Assembly: GCA_050084515.1 (NCBI GenBank) | Contig: CM114271.1 | Coordinates: 37,758,001 to 37,822,000, forward strand | Length of the DNA: 64,000 nucleotides | Direction: 5' to 3' | Source of the DNA: Blasia pusilla | Taxonomy: Eukaryota | Part shown: one piece after another, positions 1-10,580 of the stretch | Position numbering within the stretch: the first letter of the stretch is position 1 | How the letters are laid out: every line of letters begins with the position of its first letter | Translations under genes and position numbers: made by a program | The notes under the pieces: generated by a model | The model's input: the letters and a program-made list of their open reading frames with translations, nothing else | Database searches by the model: none | Told to the model about the DNA's origin: nothing

Positions 1-768
1 GCAGGAGGTGTGTCTGATAGACATTCCACATCTGATTATTTATTGAATTACTTTAGGAAATGCAGTTATAAGTTGGGTTTCAAAGAAACACCCTATAGTT
101 GTTTTATCTTCAACAAAGTCTGCGTATAGAGGACCACATTGCCTGAGATTACTACATGAGATTCCTCAATTACTTGCTAAGATTGGCGTCACTAACTTAA
201 GACCTAGTGTAATATACATTGATAATATGAATAATATCAAGTTTGCTAATATTCTTGTGTTTCATGCTTGAACAAAAAATATTTGGATGCACTATCACTT
301 TATCATAGAGAAATTAGTTGCAAGATAAATCGATCTTCTGCACATATATACAAATCAAAAAAATTGCTCATATCTTTACAAAGACATTCTTTAGAGATAA
401 ATTTGAGATGTTTAAAAATGATGTAGATGATATATATTGATATCAGCTTGAGGAGGAGTATTGAAGACTAAGTTATAGTCAAGCTTATTATACAACAAAT
501 TGTTATATTTCGAATTTACACGAAGTAGGAAAGTTTAATATTGGTTAGTTAGTTAAACACGATTATTTTGATTAGGATTAGTTTACCACAATTATTAGAA
601 CTCAAGACTATGGTTATGATTAGGGTTATGGTTGCTTATATACACCCTATATAATTGAGAAGGTGACCAAATTTCAATTATTCTCTTATTGCAAAATTTA
701 ATTCCCCATGGTGGTGTGTGTCTATGAGATGTATCCCATCAGTTATACTTCTTTAGCAGTTGTCTATA
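1..768 (+). mobile_element. Decayed Ty1/copia 3' end: RNase H remnant, polypurine tract and LTR (about 459-768)
   Basis: Collinear with the copia RNase H/PPT/LTR blocks at 20051-20919 and 52865-53752. Purine tract TTGAGGAGGAG is followed by TATTGAAGA (eroded TG start). Many stops. Confidence 0.75.
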
Positions 769-959
769 AGAACAAATGACCACAAAAAAGTAAGCGGATC
801 TTAGAGATCGATGGATTAAGCATGCATCATTAGCAAGAAACTTTATAAGATGATTTTTCCACTCCATTCATAGGAAGGGGATATTCACGTAAGGTTAAAG
901 AGTTCTTTACCATAACCAAGTCATACTTTCAAGCACGATGGCACATTGGGCCGTGGAAG

Positions 960-1330
960 AGTACAAGTTTATTATGGTAGTCATATATTTTAAGGATCAT
1001 ATGCTCTAATGGTAGGCAACCCATAGTGAGGAACATTCAAGCACCTTATCCTCTTTTAGTGAGAGGGATTTCAAAGTATTGATTAGAGATCAATTTACTC
1101 TAGAATACCAAGAGTTTCAAGATAGTGTGGAGTTTTCACGTTTAAGAAAAATGGGATCCTAAGCGCTTATGTCCATGAGTTTAGTGCAAAATCATTGCCT
1201 AAGATGGACAGGTTTGCTAAAAAGTTTGTCTTCTAGTGGGCTCAACCAAAGTATTGTTAAAGCCCTCTTCCGCATGTTTGAATTACCAAATATTATTGCC
1301 AAACTCTTAAAACTAGAAGAGCGGACTAGG
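960..1330 (+). mobile_element. Highly decayed retrotransposon gag-like remnant
   Basis: Manual translation gives LRDQFTLEYQEFQDSVEFSRLRKMGS*...YVHEFS, resembling the L-x-Q-x-GS..Y..EF gag motif. No intact ORF. Confidence 0.35.
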
Positions 1331-1740
1331 GATAATGAGGTCTAGGTGTAAAGCACCCTTTGAGAAAAATGTTTCTTTAAGATTTAAAAGAACAAGGGAA
1401 CATTTAAGAGGGCTTGGAATGTTATCACATATTACTAGGTGACTGTTGAAACCATCAATAGGTTATTTGACCCAAAATAGGGGATTGTCATAAACGTTAA
1501 TCTTCATATAACAAAGTTATAACTAAGCTCATCCAACCAGTTAGGAAACTTTTATTCCCAAAAAATCCATTGACTCCCTATTCCATTGTTATTGTAGAAC
1601 TTAACATGTTGACCAAGGATGATTAGATTGAGCTTGAAGGGGGGTTTGGATATGTGATAAATTTTGGAGTTTAATTAAATGGAATTTAAAGTGAAAGTTT
1701 AGAAAGTGATTTATGAAGGTTGAGCTAACTTATATACATG

Positions 1741-1912
1741 CTAGCCGGTGCCCGTCCTATGCATGGGTGATACTCGATTTTCTTTATTATCTCTCCTTAA
1801 TTCAACTCCCTCCCTTAAAGTGACATGTGTCGACATTATAGGAGTCCTTAGAGGATAGGTGTCAACACTTGAGGAGGGTTCCTCAAAACCCGTCTTCTTT
1901 TAATTATATAGA
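1741..1912 (-). mobile_element. Short non-autonomous Helitron (about 172 bp)
   Basis: On the minus strand it starts A|TCTATATAATTAAAAG and ends with the imperfect hairpin CCCATGCATAGGACGGG followed by CACCGGCTAG. The base after CTAG is C rather than the usual T. Confidence 0.6.
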
Positions 1913-2859
1913 TGTTACCATTTAGGATAAGATGATCATGATGATCCCTTTGTGTTGATTGTATGGGAAGAATTTCTTGTCCTTACCTTTTTATGGAGAG
2001 AAAAAGAACGAGTTCAACTCTCATTCTCTTTATGCACATTTTCACTCTTTCCTATTTAGCAAGATAACTTTCTTCCTTTTATGTGTTAGAGAATATGAGA
2101 GTTAAGGTCTACAAACGTGTGGCCACGAAGGCTTATAATCTTATATTATATCTTATTGCTTCTAGGTTTTTGGGATGGAAAAAGATAGAAAGAGAATGAA
2201 ACATAAAAAAATGGATAATTGATGAGTTTTGCCATACAATCTTAAGGTGGTATGTGTTGAAAATACCAAAGAATACATTAAGGCAAGGGAAAGTAGTTTG
2301 AATGAATTTTATTATATGTTCTATTCTATATTTGTATCATAAGATGGGCTTTATATTAATAGATCCCAATAATTCACTCCTCTCTATTTTGCATGTTGAT
2401 ATGTTTTTCCATTTTAAAGCACATTTACAACTATTTCAAGTGAGTTTGCATAAAGAGATGTTGGATATTTGTAAAGGTAGGAGTTCATCTTCTCAATGCA
2501 CAAATAATCTTTTTTAATGAATCTTAGGTTCGTAATGGGATTTTAGGGAGGACCTATCTTCAATTTTGACCTAAGTTTTCATTATTGTTGGGATGGTTGG
2601 TGGAATAAAAAATGGCCTTAATGCATACACGGGCATAATGGTTATGGCAAACCTATTGGTTGTTAGCGCCAATAGACAAAGGCAACAACATTCATAAGAT
2701 TAAATTCCTTAGTAGATGTTGTTGCCTTTGTCTTCTCAAGATTAAGTTTATGCACAAAGTGTTTATTTTAGATGTTCAACTAAGAAAAATATATTTTGTT
2801 GTGAAATCAAAAAAAGGAGAATGATGTCGGAGCTTCCGACAAGGTCTCTTTGCCTAGAT

Positions 2860-3550
2860 TGCTTGCCCCTAAGCATGTGTCACAAGTGGATAGCTATCCA
2901 CTCAAAATATGTTGTCTCGTAATCATGTTGTCTTTGGTTAACAACTTAAGGCCTTAAGTGTTGAAGTATCCAAGTCATTTGTGCCAAACTTGTAGTTGGA
3001 TTGAAGATTTTGTAACTAGTTGAGGGCTTGGCTTGCTAAGAAGTTGATATAATCATCTATACCTTACTCCTTGGGCAACCGCAAAGTTTAGGCCTCTTAT
3101 AGGAGTTGATATCTTGTGGAATCAAAGACAACCTTCATCTTTTTTGCTTAAGGGATCTAGCGGATGGAGATGAGGTTGTATGTTAAGATTGAGATATGCC
3201 ACACATCTTTGATAGTATAGTCTTTACCCAAGGGAAAGATCACTTGCACATCTCCTTCCCCAATAGCAAAATGGATGGAATCTCTCATTGATGTTTTAGG
3301 TTCATTCATCAAAGGTTTGTAAGAAGTGGAGGACAATTATGCTTATCAAGTGTTTGCTCATGCCACTATCAAGGAACCACTTTTCCATTTGGTTTGTGGT
3401 AACCAATGGATAATAAGTGCACATTGCACAAGCATCTTCTTCACATTATAGAGTAAATGCTTGACTAATATTCCCATTCTTGGCAAGGAAGCTTCTTTGC
3501 TTTTATGGTGGTGCGAATTTCTCCCTTTCATCTCTCTTACCCATGCTTTT
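2860..3550 (-). mobile_element. Decayed copia gag/protease/GAG-pre-integrase fragment, same family as the 32403-37372 element
   Basis: Direct nucleotide similarity to about 35200-35850, e.g. cacttgcacatctccttccccaat, gaaccactt(t/g)tcca(t/c)ttggtttgtggtaacc, cccattct(t/c)ggc(a/g)aggaagcttc. Confidence 0.7.
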
Positions 3551-3554
3551 GTGG

Positions 3555-4270
3555 ACTTTTATTCGTCCCATCTCGCAGTTCGTTCTTTATGATTGGATCT
3601 ACGAATTCACTAATTCCAATACGTCTTCATGGATCTGACCAATTCTAGATGTGGAGCTCTAGTTAGTAATCGAGCTAGTGTTAGATGCTGCTCGTTTTCC
3701 TACCGACGTGATTGCTAGCAATATTATCAAAACCAATTTGTGAAAGCCTGCGCTTAGATGCAGTTTGAAGCGTGTGTTTGAACTCATTCAGATCAATAGC
3801 TAGCCTACACAGTCAATTACAGAAATTTACTTTTGGAGATTTACATTACGCTGATTGCGAGCGAAACCTCAGATAAATCCGTCATGAATGTTTTGATTGG
3901 CGATGAACACTTTGTACAACTAGCCAGGGGCAGTGAAATTCGCCTCTGGCGCCAAGTCCGTGCACATTTTCCGGTGACTCCCGCGGGCGCGTTTGTCAAG
4001 GAGAAGATCATCGGCCTGGATCTCGAAGGTGATACTAAAATCACCAGCCAAGAGATCGAGGGAGGATATCTCAGCGAGGGTCCGGGCTTCACGAAGTGGG
4101 TCACCGCAATGACCATCAGCACCGATGGCGATGACAAATGCAAGCTGCACTTAAACGTGGAGTACGAGGGCGGCTCAGAAAGCGCCATTCCTGGCGTCAT
4201 CTATCAAGCCCAGGGATTAGTCAGACTTATGTTCAAGGCTCTCGAAGAATTTATTAAAAACAGCGCCTAG
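3555..4270 (+). pseudogene. 5'-truncated Bet v 1/PR-10-family paralog (copy C): intron remnant plus exon 2, no exon 1
   Basis: About 3974-4270 encodes TPAGAFVKEKIIGLDLEGD...FKALEEFIKNSA*, homologous to exon 2 of A and B. About 3555-3970 aligns with the gene A intron. The acceptor reads TTTTCCGG instead of TTTTCCAG. Copia sequence lies where exon 1 should be. Confidence 0.75.
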
Positions 4271-5264
4271 AGCTCAAGTCCTTGTTTATTTTCGACCATC
4301 ATCATCTACATCCATTACGGTGTTGCTAAGCTGTACATGTAGAAAGAGAACAACAGTCTCGAGCCAGATCCTACGTGTGTGCGCTGGGGGTAGCTGGCGC
4401 CTGGTTCAACTGAGTTTAGTTGAGTCAGATCTAACCGTCCTCGTGGGTGCATGCCTGATCCACTGGTGATGAGTTGCCGTTAAACAGTGGTAATTCCAAG
4501 TTAGCTCCGGTAAGAGCTATGCTCCGTCAGAAGCATGCGCCGGCATCATTGGAACCGCAGGATGTATGATTTTGGAGGTCTCATTAGTTCTGATCCCTTC
4601 TATCGATGGAAATTTGAGGGAGTTTACGGCACTTCGTATTTTTGGAGTCTATGGTCTGCGTAGTCTTTTGATTCGCACGAATGTAATTACATTCCTAAAT
4701 TCACGCACAAGTATTCGTGAGTGAATGGATAGGGTATGTCTCTCTTCATCCGACAAACATTTGAAATGTTTCCTTTCTGGAAACTATACTGCTCTTCGAA
4801 CTCGAGTACGCGGATAGTACGACAGACTATACCTGGAATCAGTGAACAGATTGTCCTGGGTAACCCCAGTGGGCGACGCTTCGCCATTGCAACCGCCTCA
4901 CCAATATGGTGACTTGCGAACGATATGGATGCGAAGATGACAGCGCAGGGGCGTGGCAGATTAGAGCTCCAGCAAGAACTGAGAAACTGTGTGCCGGGAG
5001 CGGATCAGAGAATGGATCGTGGCGTGCACGTCCGTGCATGCGAGAACTAATTGAACTAAACCCGGTAGAATCAGGCAGCAGCTACCACGAGCACGTATAT
5101 AAATGGAAGACTCCGATTCAGCTCGACACAGTTATTCTGTTACTAAACTTACAACGTCACACCGATAATGGATGCTGGTGGTGACGATCGATCATCGGGA
5201 GGGCCCTGAGCTCGATCCTCAGGAAAACAAGCAACCGGAATATTGTGCGGCTCGTTGAATTCAT

Positions 5265-6207
5265 CTAGGCGCTGTGCTTGATATATGTTTCGACGGCCTT
5301 GAACAAATTTGTGACTGCTCCCTTCGCTTGTTCGACGACGCCAGGAATGGCGTTTTCTGAGCCGCCCTCGTACTCGGTGGTGACGTGCACCTTGCACTTG
5401 TCATCGCCGACCGCGCTGATGGTCATACGGGTAACCCACTTGGTGAAGCCCACGCCCTCGCTGAGATGTCCTCCCTCGATCTCTTGGGTGGTGATTTTAG
5501 CATCACCTTCCAGGTCCAGGCCGATGAGCTTCTCCTTGACGAACGCGCCGGCGGGAGCCACTGGAAAATGTGAACGGAGTTGGTGTGAGAGACCATCATG
5601 AATTTCAGGTGGCCATGGCTACTTGTACTAAGTCGATCACGAATACATCCCACATTTGAACGTTATGTAAAATTTTGTTGAGTTTTGAAATTGACTGACT
5701 CATTCTATCGACCTGAATGAGTTTAACCGCATGCGTCAAACTGGAGCTAAGCGCAGGGGTTCATACATTCATTGCTTCCGGTGATATTCACACCAGTAGG
5801 AAGGCCAGTAGGAAAGCGCGCCCAGTCTTACAATAGCTAGATTTAACTTGAACTGTACGTATGGAATCGGTCCTATCAATCTCTTCGAATTCATCAATAC
5901 GTTCAAGCCAAAGTTGAAGTACGAGCTGCGAAATGGGACCGGTAAAACCGAGCGTACTCACATGCCTTCGGTAATCAAATGCAACAATGTAGAGCCAACA
6001 AACATCTCACTGGGATACAGCATGTGTGAGCCTACCGAAGTTGATGATTCGCACCGAGCCTACGTGTCCTTCCACACCCTCGATTTCCTCCATGCTGCTA
6101 ATGACCTCTGGTAAGAGCTTGGGGAACAGCGTGTTTTGCTCCTTCAAAGCTCCCCACAGGGCGCTCACAGGCACGGCCAACTCGACAACAGACTCGAAGG
6201 AACCCAT
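5265..6207 (-). CDS. Bet v 1/PR-10-family protein, gene A copy 1 (exon 1 6207-6036, exon 2 5560-5265, 155 aa), intact
   Basis: MGSFESVVELAVPVSALWGALKEQNTLFPKLLPEVISSMEEIEGVEGHVGSVRIINF..VKEKLIGLD..C-terminal helix LFKAVETYIKHSA. Phase-1 GT..CAG intron near the position typical for the family. Exons sum to 468 nt. TATA box upstream. Confidence 0.9.
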
Positions 6208-6372
6208 TTCCGGTCGGGTGCTGAATCTCGGCACTGATGCGATGGACTCTGGAGACGACACTCTCGAGATGAAGATGTAGGTACGGGATGCAAGAGCAAA
6301 TCGAGTGATGGCGAAATTGTGAGAGAGTACTGGTTGGCGATGAAGCTTGCAAACTGAGATCGCGCGAGCTCC

Positions 6373-7124
6373 TTATATACTGAACAGAGCAATGTGAGGC
6401 TGCTCTGTAGTTGCTGCCATCCGCCCGTACTCGGGTGCTGAATCATGCCTCCCAGTGGAGGCCGGGATGGCCGAGAAAGGGTTCCCCACCTCCACGGCCT
6501 CCACGGTCAAATGACGACGAAGTCCAAAGTTGCTGTTCTAAAGGTCGTCCCGCTCTGACCCGTCCGACGTAGCAAGCGTCTTCTCGAACTTTCATTATGG
6601 GCGCGGCTCGGATAAATTGGTCACTAGAATAGGCGTTTTCACCGGCCGAAAGACAAGTGAACATTACGCTTTTACGCCGGTTCCATCGGCTTTTAGCCTC
6701 TGTTGACTCGTTTGAGGACAGAGAAAGGACGACCTCACCGGCGTTTAGCATGCAGCCCGCGGTAGGATACGTTAAATTCGTATAGAATCGCGTTGAGACG
6801 GTCGGTCAGTGGAAACTCGTTAGTGTAAATATTGATAATGGACTGCCTTCGAGGGTTGTTCGTGCGTGAGTCATGAAGCGGATCACGGGAGTCAGATTAA
6901 AGCTAATGCAAGTTACAGCGAAGACCTTTCTAGGGACAAGGGGCATGCTAACTCGGACCGATGCGACACGTTGCCCCGTTGCAAGTCCTCAAGAGCACAT
7001 GCCTAGCAAGACTTCGTCGGCAGGGCTGGGAAGCATTTCTGTTCGTTTGATCTAGACCAATGCATGCATGGCCTTTTTCCCGTGCTAGGCACCAGCTGAG
7101 GAGCGTCCTCTGTTCAGTATATAA
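6373..7124. promoter_or_regulatory. Divergent promoter region between A1 and B1, with TATATAA boxes at 6373-6379 (-) and 7118-7124 (+)
   Basis: Both TATA boxes lie in the same context, CTCTGTTCAGTATATAAG, in opposite orientations. W-box-like GGTCAA (about 6506) and TTGACT (about 6703) and RY-like CATGCATG (7063-7070) are present. The region is conserved in all three units. Confidence 0.65.
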
Positions 7125-7267
7125 GAGCCTCGCGCAGTCTCAGTTCGCAGGCCTTCATCGCCAACCAGTAAAGTCTCGCAATCAATCGATCTGCTCTTGC
7201 ATCCAACTTTAGATCTCCGTCTAGATCATTTAGTCCATTCCGTCAGGGTCGAGATTCAGCACCGGAA

Positions 7268-7930
7268 ATGGGTTCCTTCGAGTCTGCTGTGGAGTTGGCC
7301 GTGCCTGTGAGCGCCCTGTGGGCGGCTTTGAAGGAGCAAAACACGCTGTTCCCCAAGCTCTTACCAGAGGTCATTAGCAGCGTTGAGGAAATCGAGGGTG
7401 TGGAAGGACACGTCGGCTCCGTCCGACTCATCAAGTTTGGTAAGATCACGAAAGAACATGTCAGGCTCAAGAAGTTTATGCACACAGTGTTGATGAGTAA
7501 ATCACGGTCCGTTTTATTGGTCCCATTTAGCAGTTCGATGTTGCAACTAATGGCGATGAATGCCTAGTATCAATAGGCATGGCCACCTGAAATTGAATGA
7601 TCGGTTCTCACACCAACGCCGTCCACACTTTCCAGTGGCTCCCGCGGGCGCGTTCGTCAAGGAGAAGCTCATCGGCCTGGACCTCGAAGGTGATTCTAAA
7701 ATCACCACTCAAGAGATCGAGGAGGACATCTCAGCGAGGGCGTAGGCTTCACCAAGTGGGTTACCATCATGACCATCAGCGCCGTCGGCGATGACAAGTG
7801 CAAGGTGCACGTCACCACCGAGTACGAGGGCGGCTCAGAAAACGCCATTCCTGGCGTCGTCGAACAAGCGCAGGGAGCAGTCACACATTTGTTCAAAGCA
7901 ATCGAAGATTATATCAAGAACAAGGCGTAG
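7268..7930 (+). pseudogene. Bet v 1/PR-10-family gene B copy 1 (exon 1 7268-7439, exon 2 7636-7930), 1-bp deletion near 7721
   Basis: Exon 2 is 295 nt versus 296 nt in intact copies (ATCGAGGAGGAC vs ATCGAGGGAGGAC). This could be a real frameshift or a homopolymer sequencing error. Donor G|GTAAG and acceptor TTTCCAG are intact. Confidence 0.75.
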
Positions 7931-9244
7931 ATGAATTCAGCGTTGTGCGGGTAATGAACCCAGGGAATCAGAATTTACTCCCGTTGCATGTTTCCTGCCG
8001 ATCGAGCTAGAGCCCTTCAATTGTTTTTCGAAATTTCGTCATCAATTAGCATTGTAGGTAATTGTAAGTCAGAAACAGAATAACACCCTTGAACTCGACG
8101 CTTCCGTGTGTGTCCTAGTGCTAGCCGGCCCTGGTTCAACCAGCTTTAGTCGAGTTAGATCTAAAATCCTGGGGGTGCCATTCGGTGATGAGTTCCTGGC
8201 ACAGAGTTTTTATTCCCAATTAGCTTCGGTAAGAGCTCTGATTTCTCTCAAGCCTGATGGCGTCACGGCACCGCAGGATGCACGATTTTGGAAAGTGTAG
8301 GAGTTCTGATCCCTTCTATGAATGAAAATTTGGAAGACTTTACGGGACGCTCAGTCTATTGTGTACGCACAGCGGATAGCTATTAGCAAGAGTCTCTTGA
8401 AACGCACACATGTAAGAAACTTGCTGAACTCTCGCAACCTGGAAAATGTCATTAATGAACGAACAGATCCAATTTGAAGGCAAGCAGAACTATCAATCAA
8501 TCATTGAACAGTTCGGCGTTGAAAGCATCTCCCGCTTTCAGCGGCGAGCTGAATATTGCAAATGATATAGATGCAGAAGGTAGTTAGAATACGCGAAGAA
8601 GTTTTTGAAATGTCCTGCGAAGCTGTATCACTTTTTATAGTCACAAGTGTAGATGAAATTAATTATGAAGAAATGTGGACTGCTAAGTGGAACCATCAGA
8701 GTTTAGGACTAGAAGCTCGCTAGATTAAGGCTGAGAGTATTTTTCTATCTCAAAGACGGTCTACTTATTGAAGTAAAATTGGGAGCTCAAGAGACTGATC
8801 TAATGTGCGAAGGATGATGCATCTAACCATGAAAGAAGAAACTGAAATGATCCTCAAATAATTATGCGGGGAAAAGCCGATAAAGTACTGTAAAGAAGCT
8901 ACACTGGACCAGTGATTGGTTCAATCTCAGAGGAGGTGCAAGCTTTTTGCGTTAACTTGGTCATCTGTGGATCTTCTTGAAAGTTCCTACAGAGTGGACG
9001 TACGTCTGGACACGTTGAAGTCTCCAAGGGTCCCACGTGATCGCCAGGACTTCCAAGTCATGGTTATGGCAAGTCTACCAAGGTCTTGTTCGCGGCTTCA
9101 GACGAACTCAAGTCCGGAACTACAGGACATAGGTTGCTTTCGCTTACTCCCGATCGAGAGGCTTTACAAATCTACATCTGTGGGCACCATTCGGTCGGCC
9201 ATTTCCACGAGAGCTTCTGGTCTCGTGTACCGAAATCATCATTA

Positions 9245-10580
9245 TCTATTACAATACTCTATATTATTATTACTTTAGTATACATCTTACGGAGAGTGTT
9301 TTCTTGATTCTTAGAAAATGTTTCACAACCCAATGTTTCTTAGATTTTGTGTGTCCTTTCCCTTCACGGATTATACCCTTTTTCCTTTTCGGGTTTTATT
9401 GTGAATCGGGTTCACGATGTCAGACAAAAGGAAGACTGACCGGACATTAAGACACATCTCTCTAAATCCTGTCTCTAGACCGTAAGGCCGAAACATGGTT
9501 CGGGAGTTTCTTTCGCGGTAATGGAGTCGGCATTGTTGGGAAATCTTTTTTATTTTCGGTAATTTTCCAATTTTTAAATTTTCTACACAGTTGTTCGGCT
9601 GATATTCGGAGAACGGACGAACGGGAAAAAAATTCCTTTTTGGACTTCATTCTCTACTAGTTGTAAGACAATTAATTGAGTTCAAGTTTTGCTTCCCCTT
9701 TTTGGGACTAACTTATCCACGGAAGAATTGAACTTTATAACACACATTTATTATTTTATTTATAATAAATAATTTAAAATTAATTACATATTATTAATTA
9801 TATTATTATTATATCATAATTAATTAATTAATAAGAATTTATTTGTCTAATAGCCACAATAGAATAAAATCGGATTTTCTAAAAGAACACATTCGTCCGA
9901 ATTGATGTTAAATAAAAATATTTATTTAAAATATAAGGAGTATTATTTCTGTCATAGCACCCTCATATAAACTTCATAGAAGTAAAAACATTTCTTTGTG
10001 TAATATTACATAGAAATAAATTATTTCCATAAAATAAAATTTGTTTATAAATTTTTTTCTAATAATTAAAAAAAAGTATCTCTTGGTAACTGGTTTATAT
10101 TAGAATGGGTGATCCTAGATGTTTAATCAAAAAAATAATGACATAATCTGGAAAATAGTAAAATATTTGTAATTTTTTCCCTTAATTCATATTTGATGGG
10201 AAGGGAAAATGAATCTTAATTGAGAAGGAATATTGTTTCAATTTTATTGGAGGATGGAATTACTTAGGGAAATATGGGAGAAGGAATAGATTTCATTTAA
10301 ATTTTAATTTAGGAATGGAATTTAATTAATTTTCTCAATATTATTTTTTAATTTTCAAGTGAGAAATATGATTATTTTTTAAAATAACCTATTTCCTATT
10401 TGATATTTCCAAAAAAAAAAGAGCTTCAATGGAAGACGGAATGATTTCATTACTTGAAATTAACCAAAAATCTAGATAATGGATATTATTTTGATGGAAA
10501 GAGAAGGTATTGTTCACACTTTAATAGAAAATTAAACTTATCTAAAACATTTTTTTAATTTTAAATTTTAGAAGTAGAGT
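9245..10580 (+). repeat. AT-rich dispersed repeat with a Helitron-like 5' end (A|TCTATTAC...TCTATATT); possibly the 5' arm of the downstream Helitron
   Basis: Related copies at about 25660-27760, 37800-38613 plus 43151-43750, and 59923-60600 (starts A|TCTATATATAATAATGG). Confidence 0.5.

Noticed and set aside
3833-4270. 145-aa single-exon gene
   Set aside because: The first about 47 codons are intron-homologous sequence opened from a TTG. Only the exon-2 part is PR-10-like.
5278-5601. Long antisense ORFs over the PR-10 exons (also 3841-4200, 28751-29074, 61548-61871)
   Set aside because: Expected shadow of GC3-rich codon usage. No independent promoter, splice or homology evidence.
6007-6261. 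N-terminally extended gene A starting at 6261
   Set aside because: The upstream start is not ATG, and homology with B fixes the start at MGSF (6207).
6443-7055. ORFs of 102 aa and 60 aa in the A-B spacer, repeated in all units
   Set aside because: Conservation simply reflects recent duplication. No recognisable motif, and they lie between the TATA boxes.
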